34,981 nt of DNA, taken from Chamaesiphon sp. (GTDB lineage Bacteria > Cyanobacteriota > Cyanobacteriia > Cyanobacteriales > Chamaesiphonaceae). Every line of letters begins with the position of its first letter. Positions within the stretch are counted from its first letter, which is position 1. The notes beneath the pieces are model-generated. The model was not told where the DNA came from and did no database searches. It saw only the letters and a list, made by a program, of their open reading frames with translations. The position numbers were made by a program, and so were the translations under genes. This document shows, one piece after another, positions 1 to 9,279 of this stretch. The DNA lies in contig CBDFFH010000018.1 in the NCBI GenBank assembly GCA_965246715.1, positions 1 to 34,981 on the forward strand, given 5' to 3'.

Positions 1-3000
1 AAAGAATGGGCAATGACCCCAGTTACGGGTAATAAAATCCCCTATCTTAAAGACTGGCAGAAAACCCCAGCTACTAATGAGAAGATCGCCCAAGAGCTTG
101 AAAATGGTAAAGCTCTTGGGTTTGGCATCCTCACGGGTAAGCTATCTAGCGGGATTATGGCGATCGATTGCGATGGTCATGTACCCCATGCTCTCTTTAA
201 GGAGATTTTAGGTGGAGATATTCCCCGTACAGTAGCCTTCACATCTGGTAAGGATGGACGCGCTCAATATCTGTTCGCCATTCCTCAACCACATTGGGCT
301 GACATCAGCACCAAAAAGGTGGGAACGGTCAAAGATGGCGGAATGCTGGAATTTCGGTGGGATGGTTGTCAGTCGGTGTTGCCCCCATCGGTACATCCTG
401 AAACTGGATCGTATAAGTGGATTGACTCACCTGACACCACGGCAATCGCACCACTACCCAAAGCGGTATTGGCATATCTATTAACACCAAAACAGCACCC
501 CGAATCACTACGCCATCAGCCTCAGCCCAAGCCCGTCTCAACAACCGGATATATTCCCCCAATTCCGCTCGAACGCTGCCTCAGTAAAGAACATCGAGCA
601 GCCCTCGAAAATGGGGTCAGCCAGGGCAACAGAGACAATACCGGATGCAGCCTCGCCCGCGACCTGATCGGCGTTGCAAATTACGTTCCCTCGCTCCAAT
701 TCGATTACAAGTCCAATTGGTACCAGTTAGCAGTAGACGGAGATCCCGAACAATTACTATGGGACTACTGCCAGCGGTGCAGCCCACCGCTTTCTCAAGC
801 CGATTGCGCTCGGATTTACAAATCTGCTCTTGGCTACAATCCAGCCCCTAGCATTAGTGATGAGGACAGCTTAAAAAATTGTCTCAGAGCTTGGTGCAAA
901 GAACACAAATTAGCGGTTCAAAATAGCTCTAGTAATGGCTCTAGCAATGGTAATGGCTCTAGTGATGGAGTTCGTGACAAGCCTCAATATTCACAATTTG
1001 ATAGCAACATCACCGATGGATTATTTAAAAATAATGTCAAAGTCGATCCAGACACGGGTGAGTTTAAATTGGTGCGAGAGCGGATCGGCAATCATTTAGA
1101 AGCGATCGCCTATGTGAATAACCCCAACGGCGACGGTGCCTCGATTCACATCGAATTTGAGACGATTCGGCACAAGATTAAACGCTGGACGATGCCGCGA
1201 GGGACGATTGTGTGTGAAACCTCCCAAATGTTAGCCGAACTGCAAAATCGGGGTTATTTTTTCGACATTAGCAAGAAAAAGCAGCTAGTCGAATATCTCA
1301 ATGCCTTGGGTGGCGATGTCGCCACAACTTATACGATTACCGATACCACCGGATGGATCGATGGGGCTTATGTGACCCAAAATAAGACGTATAGCCTGAA
1401 TGGAGATAGCGACCTAAAATTCCGCGATGTCGAGCCAATCGCCGACTCCATCTCGGAAATCAAAGGGACTTTGGCCGAATGGCAGGACAAAATTGGCTCT
1501 CTATGTGCGGGTAATTCCCGCTTAATTTTTGCACTGGGTACGGGGTTAGCAGCACCCCTGCAACCACTTGTAGATATCGAGTCGGGTGGATTCCACATGG
1601 TCGGTACTACTTCCGTCGGCAAGACCACCATGCTCAGGGTGGGATCTTCAGTAGTAGGGATTAAAGATATCCCCCACTGGCGGACGACCACCAATGGACT
1701 CGAATCGATCGCCTGCGCCCACAATCATATGTTGTTACCCCTCGACGAAATCGGACAAGCCGAATCGAGGGAGGTCGGGGCGATTGCGTATATGTTGGCA
1801 AACGGTCAAGGCAAGACCAGAATGACCAAAAATCTCACCAATCGTAAGCCCAAGACTTGGCAATTACTATTCTTGTCGTCTGGAGAGTTAGGGATGGGTG
1901 CATATATGGCGCAGTCTGGCATCGCCTTAAAAGGCGGTCAAGAGGTGCGCTTGCCAGATATCCCCGCCGTACCTAGTGGTTCTCCGTTTGGCGCGTTCGA
2001 GTCAATTCATAATTTTGAATCGGCCAAACAATTTGCCGAACATTTGGATCGGGCGACTCAAACCTATCACGGGACGCTACTGGATGCGTTTTTACCCAAA
2101 TTAGTTACCGACAGAGCCACGAATCCAGCTTTTGCCAGCACTCTCAAAAAACAGGTGTACGCGATCGCTCGCAAACTTTCCGAAGGGACGATCGATACTG
2201 CTGTGGCGCGGGTTGCTAACCGTTTTGCCTTGGTACAGGTGGCTTTGGAATTGGCTCACGCTTATGGTTTACTCCCATTTCCAATCGATCATATTAATTG
2301 GGCGATCGGTAAAATGTTCCGCGATTGGCTCGATTATCGGGGTGGCGATGGCTCGATCGAGGTCAAAAATGCTTGCGATCGCATCCGCAATTTATTTGTC
2401 ACCCAAGAGTATGGCGACCGAATCTACAACCTATCGGACGGCGATGCCCAATCGGTGCGGAACTTACTCGCATACCGCAAAACTAATGAGGATGGGGAAA
2501 CTGAAGAGTTTTGGGTACCCACATCGGTTTTCGATCTAGAAATTTGTAAGGGTGTCGATAAACCCGCCCTCATTAAGGAGTTACAAAAACGGAGCTGGTT
2601 AGCACCGCCACGCAATGACGGTAAGAGTACCCTCCAACGCCGGATTAAAAAACGACGCAATTACTACTATGTGTTTCAACCTCAAAACATTTTTGGCGAA
2701 AATAGCAGTGAGTCAGGTGAGTCAGGTGAGTCAGTAATCTCTAATCCATTACCAGTATTAAGTACAGCCCCCGATTTACTGACTCACCAGCATAAAAGTA
2801 GTGGTGAGTCAGGTGAGTCAGTAAAAGAGTTATTAAATGGGTCTGACTCACTCGACTCACCCCGACTCACCAAGGCTGTGAGCCAAAATGGAAACTCTCA
2901 AATTCTCACTCAGCCGCCATTTCAAACCTCTGGCTCACTTGACTCACCTGACTCACTAGCAAAAATGCCATCTCAAAAAATAGTTGACGATTATCTGTCT

Positions 3001-3195
3001 CCACCACTCAAAAAGGGCGATAAGGTAATGGTTCAGACCTCAAAAGCGGTGGGAATAGTGATGGACGATCGCCTCAAAAACTACCGATCGCCAAAAAAAG
3101 GAGTTGTGATGGTGAGTCAGTACTTAGTCGAGTTTGAGGAAGGGGAGCGAAAATGGCTGGATGCAGACATCTTGGTGTTAGACGAGCGAAATTAA
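1..3195 (+). CDS. Plasmid replication primase-helicase (Prim-Pol + PriCT-like + DUF927 helicase), 5' end cut by the window edge
   Basis: Identical to 22759..25953. Prim-Pol motifs (GILTG...AIDCD, SVLPPSVH), G-x-RDN PriCT-like motif, Walker A GTTSVGKTT, Walker B LPLDEIG. Confidence 0.85.
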   Translation, partial: KEWAMTPVTGNKIPYLKDWQKTPATNEKIAQELENGKALGFGILTGKLSSGIMAIDCDGHVPHALFKEILGGDIPRTVAFTSGKDGRAQYLFAIPQPHWADISTKKVGTVKDGGMLEFRWDGCQSVLPPSVHPETGSYKWIDSPDTTAIAPLPKAVLAYLLTPKQHPESLRHQPQPKPVSTTGYIPPIPLERCLSKEHRAALENGVSQGNRDNTGCSLARDLIGVANYVPSLQFDYKSNWYQLAVDGDPEQLLWDYCQRCSPPLSQADCARIYKSALGYNPAPSISDEDSLKNCLRAWCKEHKLAVQNSSSNGSSNGNGSSDGVRDKPQYSQFDSNITDGLFKNNVKVDPDTGEFKLVRERIGNHLEAIAYVNNPNGDGASIHIEFETIRHKIKRWTMPRGTIVCETSQMLAELQNRGYFFDISKKKQLVEYLNALGGDVATTYTITDTTGWIDGAYVTQNKTYSLNGDSDLKFRDVEPIADSISEIKGTLAEWQDKIGSLCAGNSRLIFALGTGLAAPLQPLVDIESGGFHMVGTTSVGKTTMLRVGSSVVGIKDIPHWRTTTNGLESIACAHNHMLLPLDEIGQAESREVGAIAYMLANGQGKTRMTKNLTNRKPKTWQLLFLSSGELGMGAYMAQSGIALKGGQEVRLPDIPAVPSGSPFGAFESIHNFESAKQFAEHLDRATQTYHGTLLDAFLPKLVTDRATNPAFASTLKKQVYAIARKLSEGTIDTAVARVANRFALVQVALELAHAYGLLPFPIDHINWAIGKMFRDWLDYRGGDGSIEVKNACDRIRNLFVTQEYGDRIYNLSDGDAQSVRNLLAYRKTNEDGETEEFWVPTSVFDLEICKGVDKPALIKELQKRSWLAPPRNDGKSTLQRRIKKRRNYYYVFQPQNIFGENSSESGESGESVISNPLPVLSTAPDLLTHQHKSSGESGESVKELLNGSDSLDSPRLTKAVSQNGNSQILTQPPFQTSGSLDSPDSLAKMPSQKIVDDYLSPPLKKGDKVMVQTSKAVGIVMDDRLKNYRSPKKGVVMVSQYLVEFEEGERKWLDADILVLDERN

Positions 3196-3225
3196 ATACT
3201 GACTCACTTACAAGTGAGTCAGTAT
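2708..3225. repeat. Iteron cluster / putative replication origin: 14 copies of GTGAGTC, 7 on each strand
   Basis: Forward at 2708, 2717, 2726, 2804, 2813, 3112, 3214; reverse at 2781, 2845, 2854, 2864, 2941, 2950, 3201. Tandem copies are spaced 9-10 bp. Recurs at 25466..25983. Confidence 0.75.
3196..3225. promoter_or_regulatory. Perfect 14-bp inverted repeat built from two iterons, immediately after the rep stop codon
   Basis: ATACTGACTCACTT-ac-AAGTGAGTCAGTAT. Confidence 0.7.
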
Positions 3226-3249
3226 CTCAAGCAGGTTTTAGCGAAGCGG

Positions 3250-3316
3250 TGACTGAATGAGGCGGACACAAGCAAGTGAGTACCGAAGCTAGTGTTTTCG
3301 TCCGCCTCATCAGTCA
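3250..3316. terminator. Long stem-loop between convergent rep and mobV (terminator or origin-associated hairpin)
   Basis: TGACTG(A)ATGAGGCGGAC ... GTCCGCCTCATCAGTCA, followed by an A run (T run on the minus strand). Confidence 0.5.
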
Positions 3317-3360
3317 AAAACATGCCGCCCCGCAGGGTACGAGTTCATGTTTGAGAAAAC

Positions 3361-5080
3361 CTACATCGATAACCCTCGATCCTGATGTCGTTCCTCGTCC
3401 TCGTCCTCTAGTTCGACATAATTCCGCTCGAAAGTGACTGCAACCGCAATCGATTCAGACAAAACCTCTAACTCACCAGACTCTTCCAGTTCCATCGCCC
3501 CAGCTAAATAAACTTGCAAATCCTCCCCCCAACTCCCAGACTCAGGTAACTCATACTCCACCTGCCCTGGTAAATTACTCAACTCCGCCCCCGTCGCCAC
3601 CACCACATCTACCCGCTCCAACTGTTCCCCAGGCATCCATCTCCCCTCATGCCCCACTAAAAATAACGTATTCCGTTCCTCAGCTTTAAGCGTCGCATAA
3701 GCCATCGCCTCCAACACATCCTCTAACACCACCACCAGATCGATCGCGCCCTGACGCGGAGCCTGAAAATAACACCACCCCCCTGTCAGCTTCGAGCCAT
3801 CGATCGTCATCGACTTCCTAATCGACTTAGAATCACTTCCTACCTCATCCACCCCCAGATCGATCGCCACAGCCCCCGTTACCCGCTCATCAAAATCCCG
3901 ATACAGACAAATCAATCTCGCCTCTGCATCCGCATAAATTAACCCCTCATCGTGCAATCGTTCGATCAACTTAGTCGGTAACTGTCTAACCCTAGTGAGA
4001 TTGTCCTTAACCTCACCCCACTTATCACGCTCCGGTCGCGGCGGGATGAATCCACCAGGAAGCTGCTCTGTGACAAGCTGATGTACCCGTTCGTTAACTA
4101 ACTGCATCGTAGCGGCGGCTCCAAACCTCTCATTCAACCAATAAGCCGCACCAATCAGGTCGGTAGAGCGCGTCTCCATCACCAGATCGATCGGTTTCAT
4201 CTGCTTATCGAATGCCCCTGGTGCTAGTCTCAACTCACAACCCACCCGTGCGATTGATATCAGCGGCTCTGGCGTACTTAAAGACCGATTTACTTGAGAT
4301 TGTACCTTTAACTCCTCCTGAGTCCGTTCGAGCCTCTTTGAGAGTAAATCTCGTTGGTCGGCTACATATTTCAATCTCCGTTCTAGTTCCTGGTGGTTTT
4401 TTTTGCATTTGAGCATAAGCCACCGCCCTGGCTTGAACTGCCGAGAGATCCTTTAAATCTAATTCCTGACTAGCCGAATTTACTACCGAGTAGTAATCCT
4501 TAACAGTAGTATGTTCCGCTCGGCTGTTCTTGACCCCCCGTTCTAATCCCAGATGTTGAGTAGCCGCAGCATAAGAATCCTGAAAAGCAAACATCTTTGC
4601 TCTGCCACCAAAAATCTTCTTACAATTAAGTTGACCGTTCTCATCAGTTGGGACTAAATAAGCATGGATGTGGGGAGTAGCTTCATCCAAATGTAATTCC
4701 GCCCGAACGATCCGGTCGCCATACTCCTGCTGCAACCAGTCCTGACTAGCCTTCGCCCAAGCATCTAACTTACCCTCTTGGTAATCGCCATACTTGCTAG
4801 GATCGTCAGGTCTAAAATATTCAGGACTAGCCGTTAACAGAATTTCCACAGCATAGACAGCATCCGGTCTAATCTTCCGTCGCTGTTCGACTGAGTGAAT
4901 CTTGTTATGAACTACCTCACTCAACGGTAAATTCAGATCGTTATTGTGAATTAGGGTCTGGTTATCTTTGAGCTTAGACAGATCGGCATTAGGTGTCTCT
5001 CGACTTCTAGAGACGTGCATTCCACTTCCCCCTAGATTGGCTTGTTTGAGCTTGGCAATTCGAGCGACAGCATAGGGCAT
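3361..5080 (-). CDS. mobV: MOBV (Mob/Pre) relaxase, split in this copy by a 1-nt homopolymer insertion (likely sequencing error)
   Basis: T8 at 4397..4404 versus T7 in the intact copy at 26119..27837; HxxR and HLDEATPHIH motifs. Confidence 0.85.
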
Positions 5081-5133
5081 GGGAAAGAGAATCTACAACG
5101 TAGCTAGGGTACAGCCCCGCAGGGCGAAGGAAG

Positions 5134-5187
5134 CCTTTATTTGAGCGATAGCGTCCCGTAGGGCAAATAAAGGTGTACTGAGTACAC
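5134..5187. promoter_or_regulatory. Putative oriT of the MOBV relaxase
   Basis: IR CCTTTATTTG (5134-5143)/CAAATAAAGG (5164-5173) abutting the palindrome GTGTACT-G-AGTACAC (5173-5187), just upstream of mobV, as expected for MOBV oriTs. Recurs near 27891..27944. Confidence 0.6.
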
Positions 5188-5437
5188 TATTAACCAAGGC
5201 TACCCACTCTCATCCATGATACCCAACTTACCTGGTATGGTCGCTACCCTACCGATCGGTTCCAAGTTAGTACTTGCATCCTGGCTACTTACTAGCAATA
5301 AATTGAATGAATTGGGTGTGTTAAATCGAATAGATAGATTAAGTGAATGAGATGGGTAAGCTAACTAAGAGATCGAGCTGATGAGGACATATAACCGATT
5401 TCGTTATACTAAATCTATTCTTTAGACTCAATCTCCT

Positions 5438-5893
5438 ATGCCCAAAACTATCATGATTCCCAAAGCAGCGGTTGATGAGACGATCGCGATGTTTGGTGAG
5501 TTACCTGCTAAACAACCATCTGATTACCCGTTCAAAGAAGCCATCGAACGCATTCTCCCAGCTATTAATGGCTTGGTGAAAAAGGGCTATAGCCTTGATG
5601 AGATTTGTAGTTTACTCGCTCAAAAAGAGATTATCCTCACTAGTTCGAGACTCAAGCAGTATCTTCGAGATTTTAACAAGTCTCATCCTAAACAATCTCG
5701 CAAGCCTCGCCTTCCCATAGTAACCACAGTTCCTGCTCTAAGTCCGGCAAACACTGAGGATGAATCTCAACCTGAAGTTACTCCTAAACCTAAACCTCAA
5801 GCGAGCGATCGGCCTGAAGCTACAACTTCGCCTGAAGTTACTACTAAACCCTATAAATCACCTCCTAAACCTGGAGCGGAACAATTTAAATAA
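5438..5893 (+). CDS. Hypothetical protein with Pro-rich tail; positional TraK/MobC-like mobilisation accessory
   Basis: 151-aa ORF, first gene of the operon divergent from mobV; helical N-terminal region. Confidence 0.6.
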   Translation: MPKTIMIPKAAVDETIAMFGELPAKQPSDYPFKEAIERILPAINGLVKKGYSLDEICSLLAQKEIILTSSRLKQYLRDFNKSHPKQSRKPRLPIVTTVPALSPANTEDESQPEVTPKPKPQASDRPEATTSPEVTTKPYKSPPKPGAEQFK

Positions 5894-5905
5894 AAAGGTA
5901 GCAAT

Positions 5906-6625
5906 ATGCGGATACATTTGATTGATGGTGAGAAGGGTGGGGTAGGTAAGTCCTGGTTAGCGTTCGTGATGGCAGAGTATTTGCGGTCTAAGCTAATTCA
6001 GTTTTATCTCTATGCCGCAGACCGCAGTAACCCGACTGCTGCTAGCAGATATAAGGACAAAGAACGGTACGCTGAATTCTATGATGATTCGGTTCATTAC
6101 ACGTTGTTTAGTGAAAATATCAAGAAGATCGACGAGCCAGATGTGTTGTTAGAGATGGCAATCGAACGACCGATTGTGCTAGATCTCCCCGCTCAGGCAT
6201 ACCATCCCCTGACCGCCTGGATTGAGGAAAAGGATATCTTCGAGCTGAGTAAAGCTAACCAGATCGAGTGGGTGCGCTGGTTCGTCTGTAATGGTGAGGA
6301 TGAGTCGATCCAGCTTTTAATTTCTTCAATGGAGTTCTACAAACACCAGCAAACGGTATTGGTCAAGAATTGGGGGCTATGTGATAACTGGGACTATTTT
6401 GATGGTCATGAAGAGCTACAAGCAACCATTAAAAAGCATCGGATAACTGTCATCGATTTTCCTAAGTTAGCTGATAGTAAACGGATTGCGATCAATGCAA
6501 AAAGATGGACTTTTGATGAGGCGCGGGAGTTAGGTCAGTTTGGATTGGTGGGGAAGAGTGAGATTTATAAATACACGGAAAAGGCTTATCAAGTACTGGC
6601 AGCTACCCAACTTTTGGAGGTCTAA
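5906..6625 (+). CDS. TraL/MobD-like P-loop ATPase
   Basis: MRIHLIDGEKGGVGKS deviant Walker A, DRSN motif, IVLDLPA Walker B. Confidence 0.75.
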   Translation: MRIHLIDGEKGGVGKSWLAFVMAEYLRSKLIQFYLYAADRSNPTAASRYKDKERYAEFYDDSVHYTLFSENIKKIDEPDVLLEMAIERPIVLDLPAQAYHPLTAWIEEKDIFELSKANQIEWVRWFVCNGEDESIQLLISSMEFYKHQQTVLVKNWGLCDNWDYFDGHEELQATIKKHRITVIDFPKLADSKRIAINAKRWTFDEARELGQFGLVGKSEIYKYTEKAYQVLAATQLLEV

Positions 6626-6628
6626 ATT

Positions 6629-7072
6629 ATGGCTGTTGATTTTAATGGCTCTAGTAAAAATGCAGAGATGGAGTATATCGATATTCTGTTAGAGGGTAAG
6701 TCGAATGAGTTTAAGGGACGGGTGTTAGCTTTTATCCGTAAGTATAAGATCGATGCTAACGATCCGACGTTTATGTTGCTGGTAGCGATCGGTGGGTTAG
6801 ATGTTGCTTTGGTGGATTTACCCCAGGCGGTTGCTAAGGGTCAACAGGGGATGTCTGAGGAGATCAAGCGGGTTGAGAGTGAGTTTGGTAAGCTCTGGCG
6901 GACTGCTATTGCCGCTCTCAAGGCGGAGATTGAGGCGGTGAAGAAGGTACACCAGGAACGGGATCTGAGATCTACTACCAACGAATGGGAGTTAAGTCAG
7001 AAGATTGCTACCGTTGGGGGAAACGCAGAATTCGGAGAATATTGCACGTTAAGCCCAGATCTCAATCTCTAA
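6629..7072 (+). pseudogene. TraM/MobE-like (DUF6753-like) protein, 3'-truncated at 7015 by the miniature element
   Basis: KYKIDANDPTFMLL motif plus coiled coil; the last ~18 codons and the stop lie inside the element. Confidence 0.6.
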
Positions 7073-7286
7073 GCCACTTTGAGATTATGAGTTCAACAAC
7101 ATGAAAGAGAGTCAAAACCTGTCAGATTGGGGTATACCCTAGCCTGATGTCAAGCAAAACCTCTTAAAAGTGCCAATTTAGAGTCCTTTCAAGCATTTAC
7201 TGACATCTTTTATGACAGGTCATGGAGCCTTTTCTGACACCAGAAATCCTTAGCGTACAGATTTGTCCGAATTCTGCGTTTCCCCC
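7016..7286. mobile_element. 271-bp non-autonomous Tn3-family miniature element (TIME-like) with 38-bp IRs and an internal res site
   Basis: IRL GGGGGAAACGCAGAATTCGGAGAATATTGCACGTTAAG (7016-7053); IRR reverse complement GGGGGAAACGCAGAATTCGGACAAATCTGTACGCTAAG (7249-7286). Flanks CCGTT/AATAT give no TSD. Confidence 0.9.
7119..7240. promoter_or_regulatory. Tn21/Tn501-type res site (subsites I-III)
   Basis: GTCAGATTGGGGTATACCCTAGCCTGATGTCA...ATTTACTGACAT...GGTCATGGAGCCTTTTCTGACA closely follows the Tn21 res sequence as I recall it. Confidence 0.7.
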
Positions 7287-7686
7287 AATATACACTAGTT
7301 CTTTTAACGCTAAGGACAGTGGATATCAATGTCCTCAAGTAGTCTTTACTGGTACAGCTAGTTCGTCCACATCTAGACCAGATTTTATCGTTACAAGTGG
7401 TCGTCCTCGGCGAAATACTTCAGATGGAGCTAATAGTTACCTTGTAGGTGATATTAAATTGAGTTTTAAAACAGTGGTTCAAGAATATTTTGGATGGGAC
7501 GGAAAGCCTCCTTCCAACACGAGGCAATGGAATACTATCACTGGTTATGCTAAAAAGCACGGAATAAATGTTACTGGATTTGTTACATTGTTCAATGGAG
7601 GAAAAGAGACAGTTGCATTGAGACAGAAAATATTGGAGAAAGCTATCAGTAAACAAGTAATTGTATTGTTAGCCTCGGTACAATAA
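7287..7686 (+). pseudogene. C-terminal fragment of a putative PD-(D/E)xK (restriction-endonuclease fold) polymorphic toxin
   Basis: RPDF...VGDIK motif; AT-rich; the 5' end is cut by the miniature element, whose ATG at 7222 supplies an in-frame start; an ankyrin gene follows directly. Confidence 0.5.
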
Positions 7687-7708
7687 CTGAAGAAGTATAA
7701 TATTATCA

Positions 7709-8296
7709 ATGAAAAATGATACCATTTTCCAAATGATATCCAGCCAGGATATAGAAGGAATAAGTAAAGACAACGACCTCAAAAATAATGTTAATCAATT
7801 ACATGAAGATAGATGCGAATACAGTTATTCAACATTTCTGCTTCATGCTATTGATCTAGGATGGCTTGAAGGAACCAGATTTTTTATTGAAATAGGTGCA
7901 GACTTACATCTTTGCCTACCTTGGGAACCTCTGCCATTAGGACTGGCAGTAGAAAAAGGTGACTTTGAAATAGTAAAACTGTTGCTTGAATCAGGTGCAA
8001 ATCCAAATAAAGGTGGAGTTGATAATTTACCGATGCATGATGCTGTTGGAAGGGAAAGAATCGATTTACTACACTTACTCATTCAAGCAGGTGCAGAACT
8101 TAATACACGTTACCACGATGACACAACGCCTCTAATGGTTGCATCATATCTTGGTAACTTAACTATTGTTGAAATTCTCATTAAAGCTGGTGCTTGTGTT
8201 CACTTTACTCATGAATCTGGTGAAACTGCTTTAGAAATAGCGATCGAGGGCGGTCACAAAAATGTAGCTGAATACTTAGGATCGGTAGTTCCGTAG
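7709..8296 (+). CDS. Ankyrin-repeat protein, putative immunity protein
   Basis: About 5 ankyrin repeats (PLGLAVEKGDFEIVKLLLESGANPN, TPLMVASYLGNLTIVEILIKAGA, TALEIAIEGGHKNVAEYL). Confidence 0.9.
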   Translation: MKNDTIFQMISSQDIEGISKDNDLKNNVNQLHEDRCEYSYSTFLLHAIDLGWLEGTRFFIEIGADLHLCLPWEPLPLGLAVEKGDFEIVKLLLESGANPNKGGVDNLPMHDAVGRERIDLLHLLIQAGAELNTRYHDDTTPLMVASYLGNLTIVEILIKAGACVHFTHESGETALEIAIEGGHKNVAEYLGSVVP

Positions 8297-8557
8297 TTTT
8301 GTAGAGTGGGCATCGTCAATAACTCAAATGTAGACTGAGTAAGCTTTTCAATAATCCACTCTTCCTCGAAGCTTGCGCGCCGTCTTCTGCTAAGGCAGAC
8401 GCTTCGGGAACGACGGTCGAATGTAACCCGATCGCACCTTACAGCCGCTTGGAATTTTCCAGTCTGACGAAAACCCTGCCCCTGCGGGAGCTTGCACCTT
8501 TTTGTCTGACCGCACCACGAGTCATAAGCTCTGCTATCGCTAAATGTAGCGATCAAT

Positions 8558-8843
8558 TCATACCAAATCAGCCAACTTACTCGAAACCTGACCCTGGACA
8601 TTCTTCCGCCGATCGTCATAAATCACCAAAGTTTCTAACTTCGCATGTCCGCTCAACAATCTTGCATCCCGCACATTCCCATCGCTCAAATCCAAATAAG
8701 CCGTAATCGAACTATGTCTGACCCGATGCGGCGACATCCGTTTCTCAACAGCCGCCCCTTTTGCCAATCGCTCCACCAAATAACCCAAACTGCGCCCCGA
8801 TAACCGCTTGCCATACGAGCGATTATCTAAAGCAATAAATAAA
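8558..8843 (-). pseudogene. C-terminal fragment of a tyrosine recombinase, 5' part removed at the transposon end
   Basis: SPHRVRHSSIT (HxxR), LSGH and catalytic Y (LVIY). The ORF's first ~14 codons are transposon end sequence. Confidence 0.85.
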
Positions 8844-9010
8844 TGTAGCAGCCTGCAATCATAATCGTTAGAACCTGCAATCATCGCATTTACAAGCCAG
8901 GATTAAATGCAACTATAATTTCACTCCAGCCAGGATTAATTGCAACTGAGCCAGAATTAATTGCAACCAACCTGCAATCATCGCTTTGAGCCAGGATTAA
9001 ATGCAACTAT
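8844..9010 (+). repeat. Left TIR (167 bp) with internal repeats
   Basis: CCTGCAATCAT at 8852, 8874, 8971; AGCCAG(G/A)ATTAA(A/T)TGCAAC at 8895, 8928, 8949, 8989, plus an extra copy at 9088 outside the TIR. Confidence 0.9.
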
Positions 9011-9126
9011 CCGAAAGTCAATTCAGGCAGGCATTTGGCAGTTTAGTCACAAATCGTTCCAACCGCCAATCAAATTAGCGTAATTCCAGCCAGGATTAAA
9101 TGCAACTATAAATTAGGGCAGAGACA

Positions 9127-9260
9127 GTAAAGAAAACGTTCGTTTTCCTTACGCTGATAAAAATTGTCGAGCTGAGTCTAGAACCGAATCAAGTTTGGTA
9201 ACGAAACTCGGTAATTCTAACAGTGGCAACATATGTTGGTAATGCACGGGCTTCGTTACT
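9127..9260. promoter_or_regulatory. Putative res site of the transposon resolvase
   Basis: Site-I-like dyad GTAAAGAAAACG-TT-CGTTTTCCTTAC (9127-9152) and GTAACGAA/TTCGTTAC half-sites upstream of the resolvase gene. Confidence 0.5.
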
Positions 9261-9279
9261 CAGTTGCGCCAAAGCCAAA

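Noticed and set aside
920..970. GGCTCTAG(T/C)AAT repeats in rep
   Set aside because: They encode a Ser/Asn/Gly linker between primase and helicase regions; nothing points to a DNA-level role
208..2660. Short alternative-frame and antisense ORFs within rep (and likewise in mobV, the transposases, parA and the TA genes)
   Set aside because: Shadow ORFs inside well-supported genes, with no independent motifs
4397..4404. Programmed frameshift or phase variation in mobV
   Set aside because: The other pass has T7 and an intact ORF; a homopolymer error is the simpler explanation
8254..8706. ORFs 8254..8619 (-) and 8449..8706 (+)
   Set aside because: No recognisable motifs; they overlap the integrase remnant and ankyrin gene
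7119..8844. Res-site-hunter insertion of the 3.8-kb transposon next to the miniature element's res site
   Set aside because: The end is ~1.6 kb from the res site, and missing TSDs show later deletions, so targeting cannot be inferred
8844..9110. Repeat cluster resembling a CRISPR array (also 12483-12649 and 14190-14456)
   Set aside because: Spacing is irregular and mostly too short for spacers, there are two repeat types, the cluster forms transposon TIRs, and no cas genes are present
9223..9279. 19-aa N-terminal extension of the resolvase
   Set aside because: The family consensus starts at MLIGYARVST (ATG 9280), and the extension overlaps the probable res region
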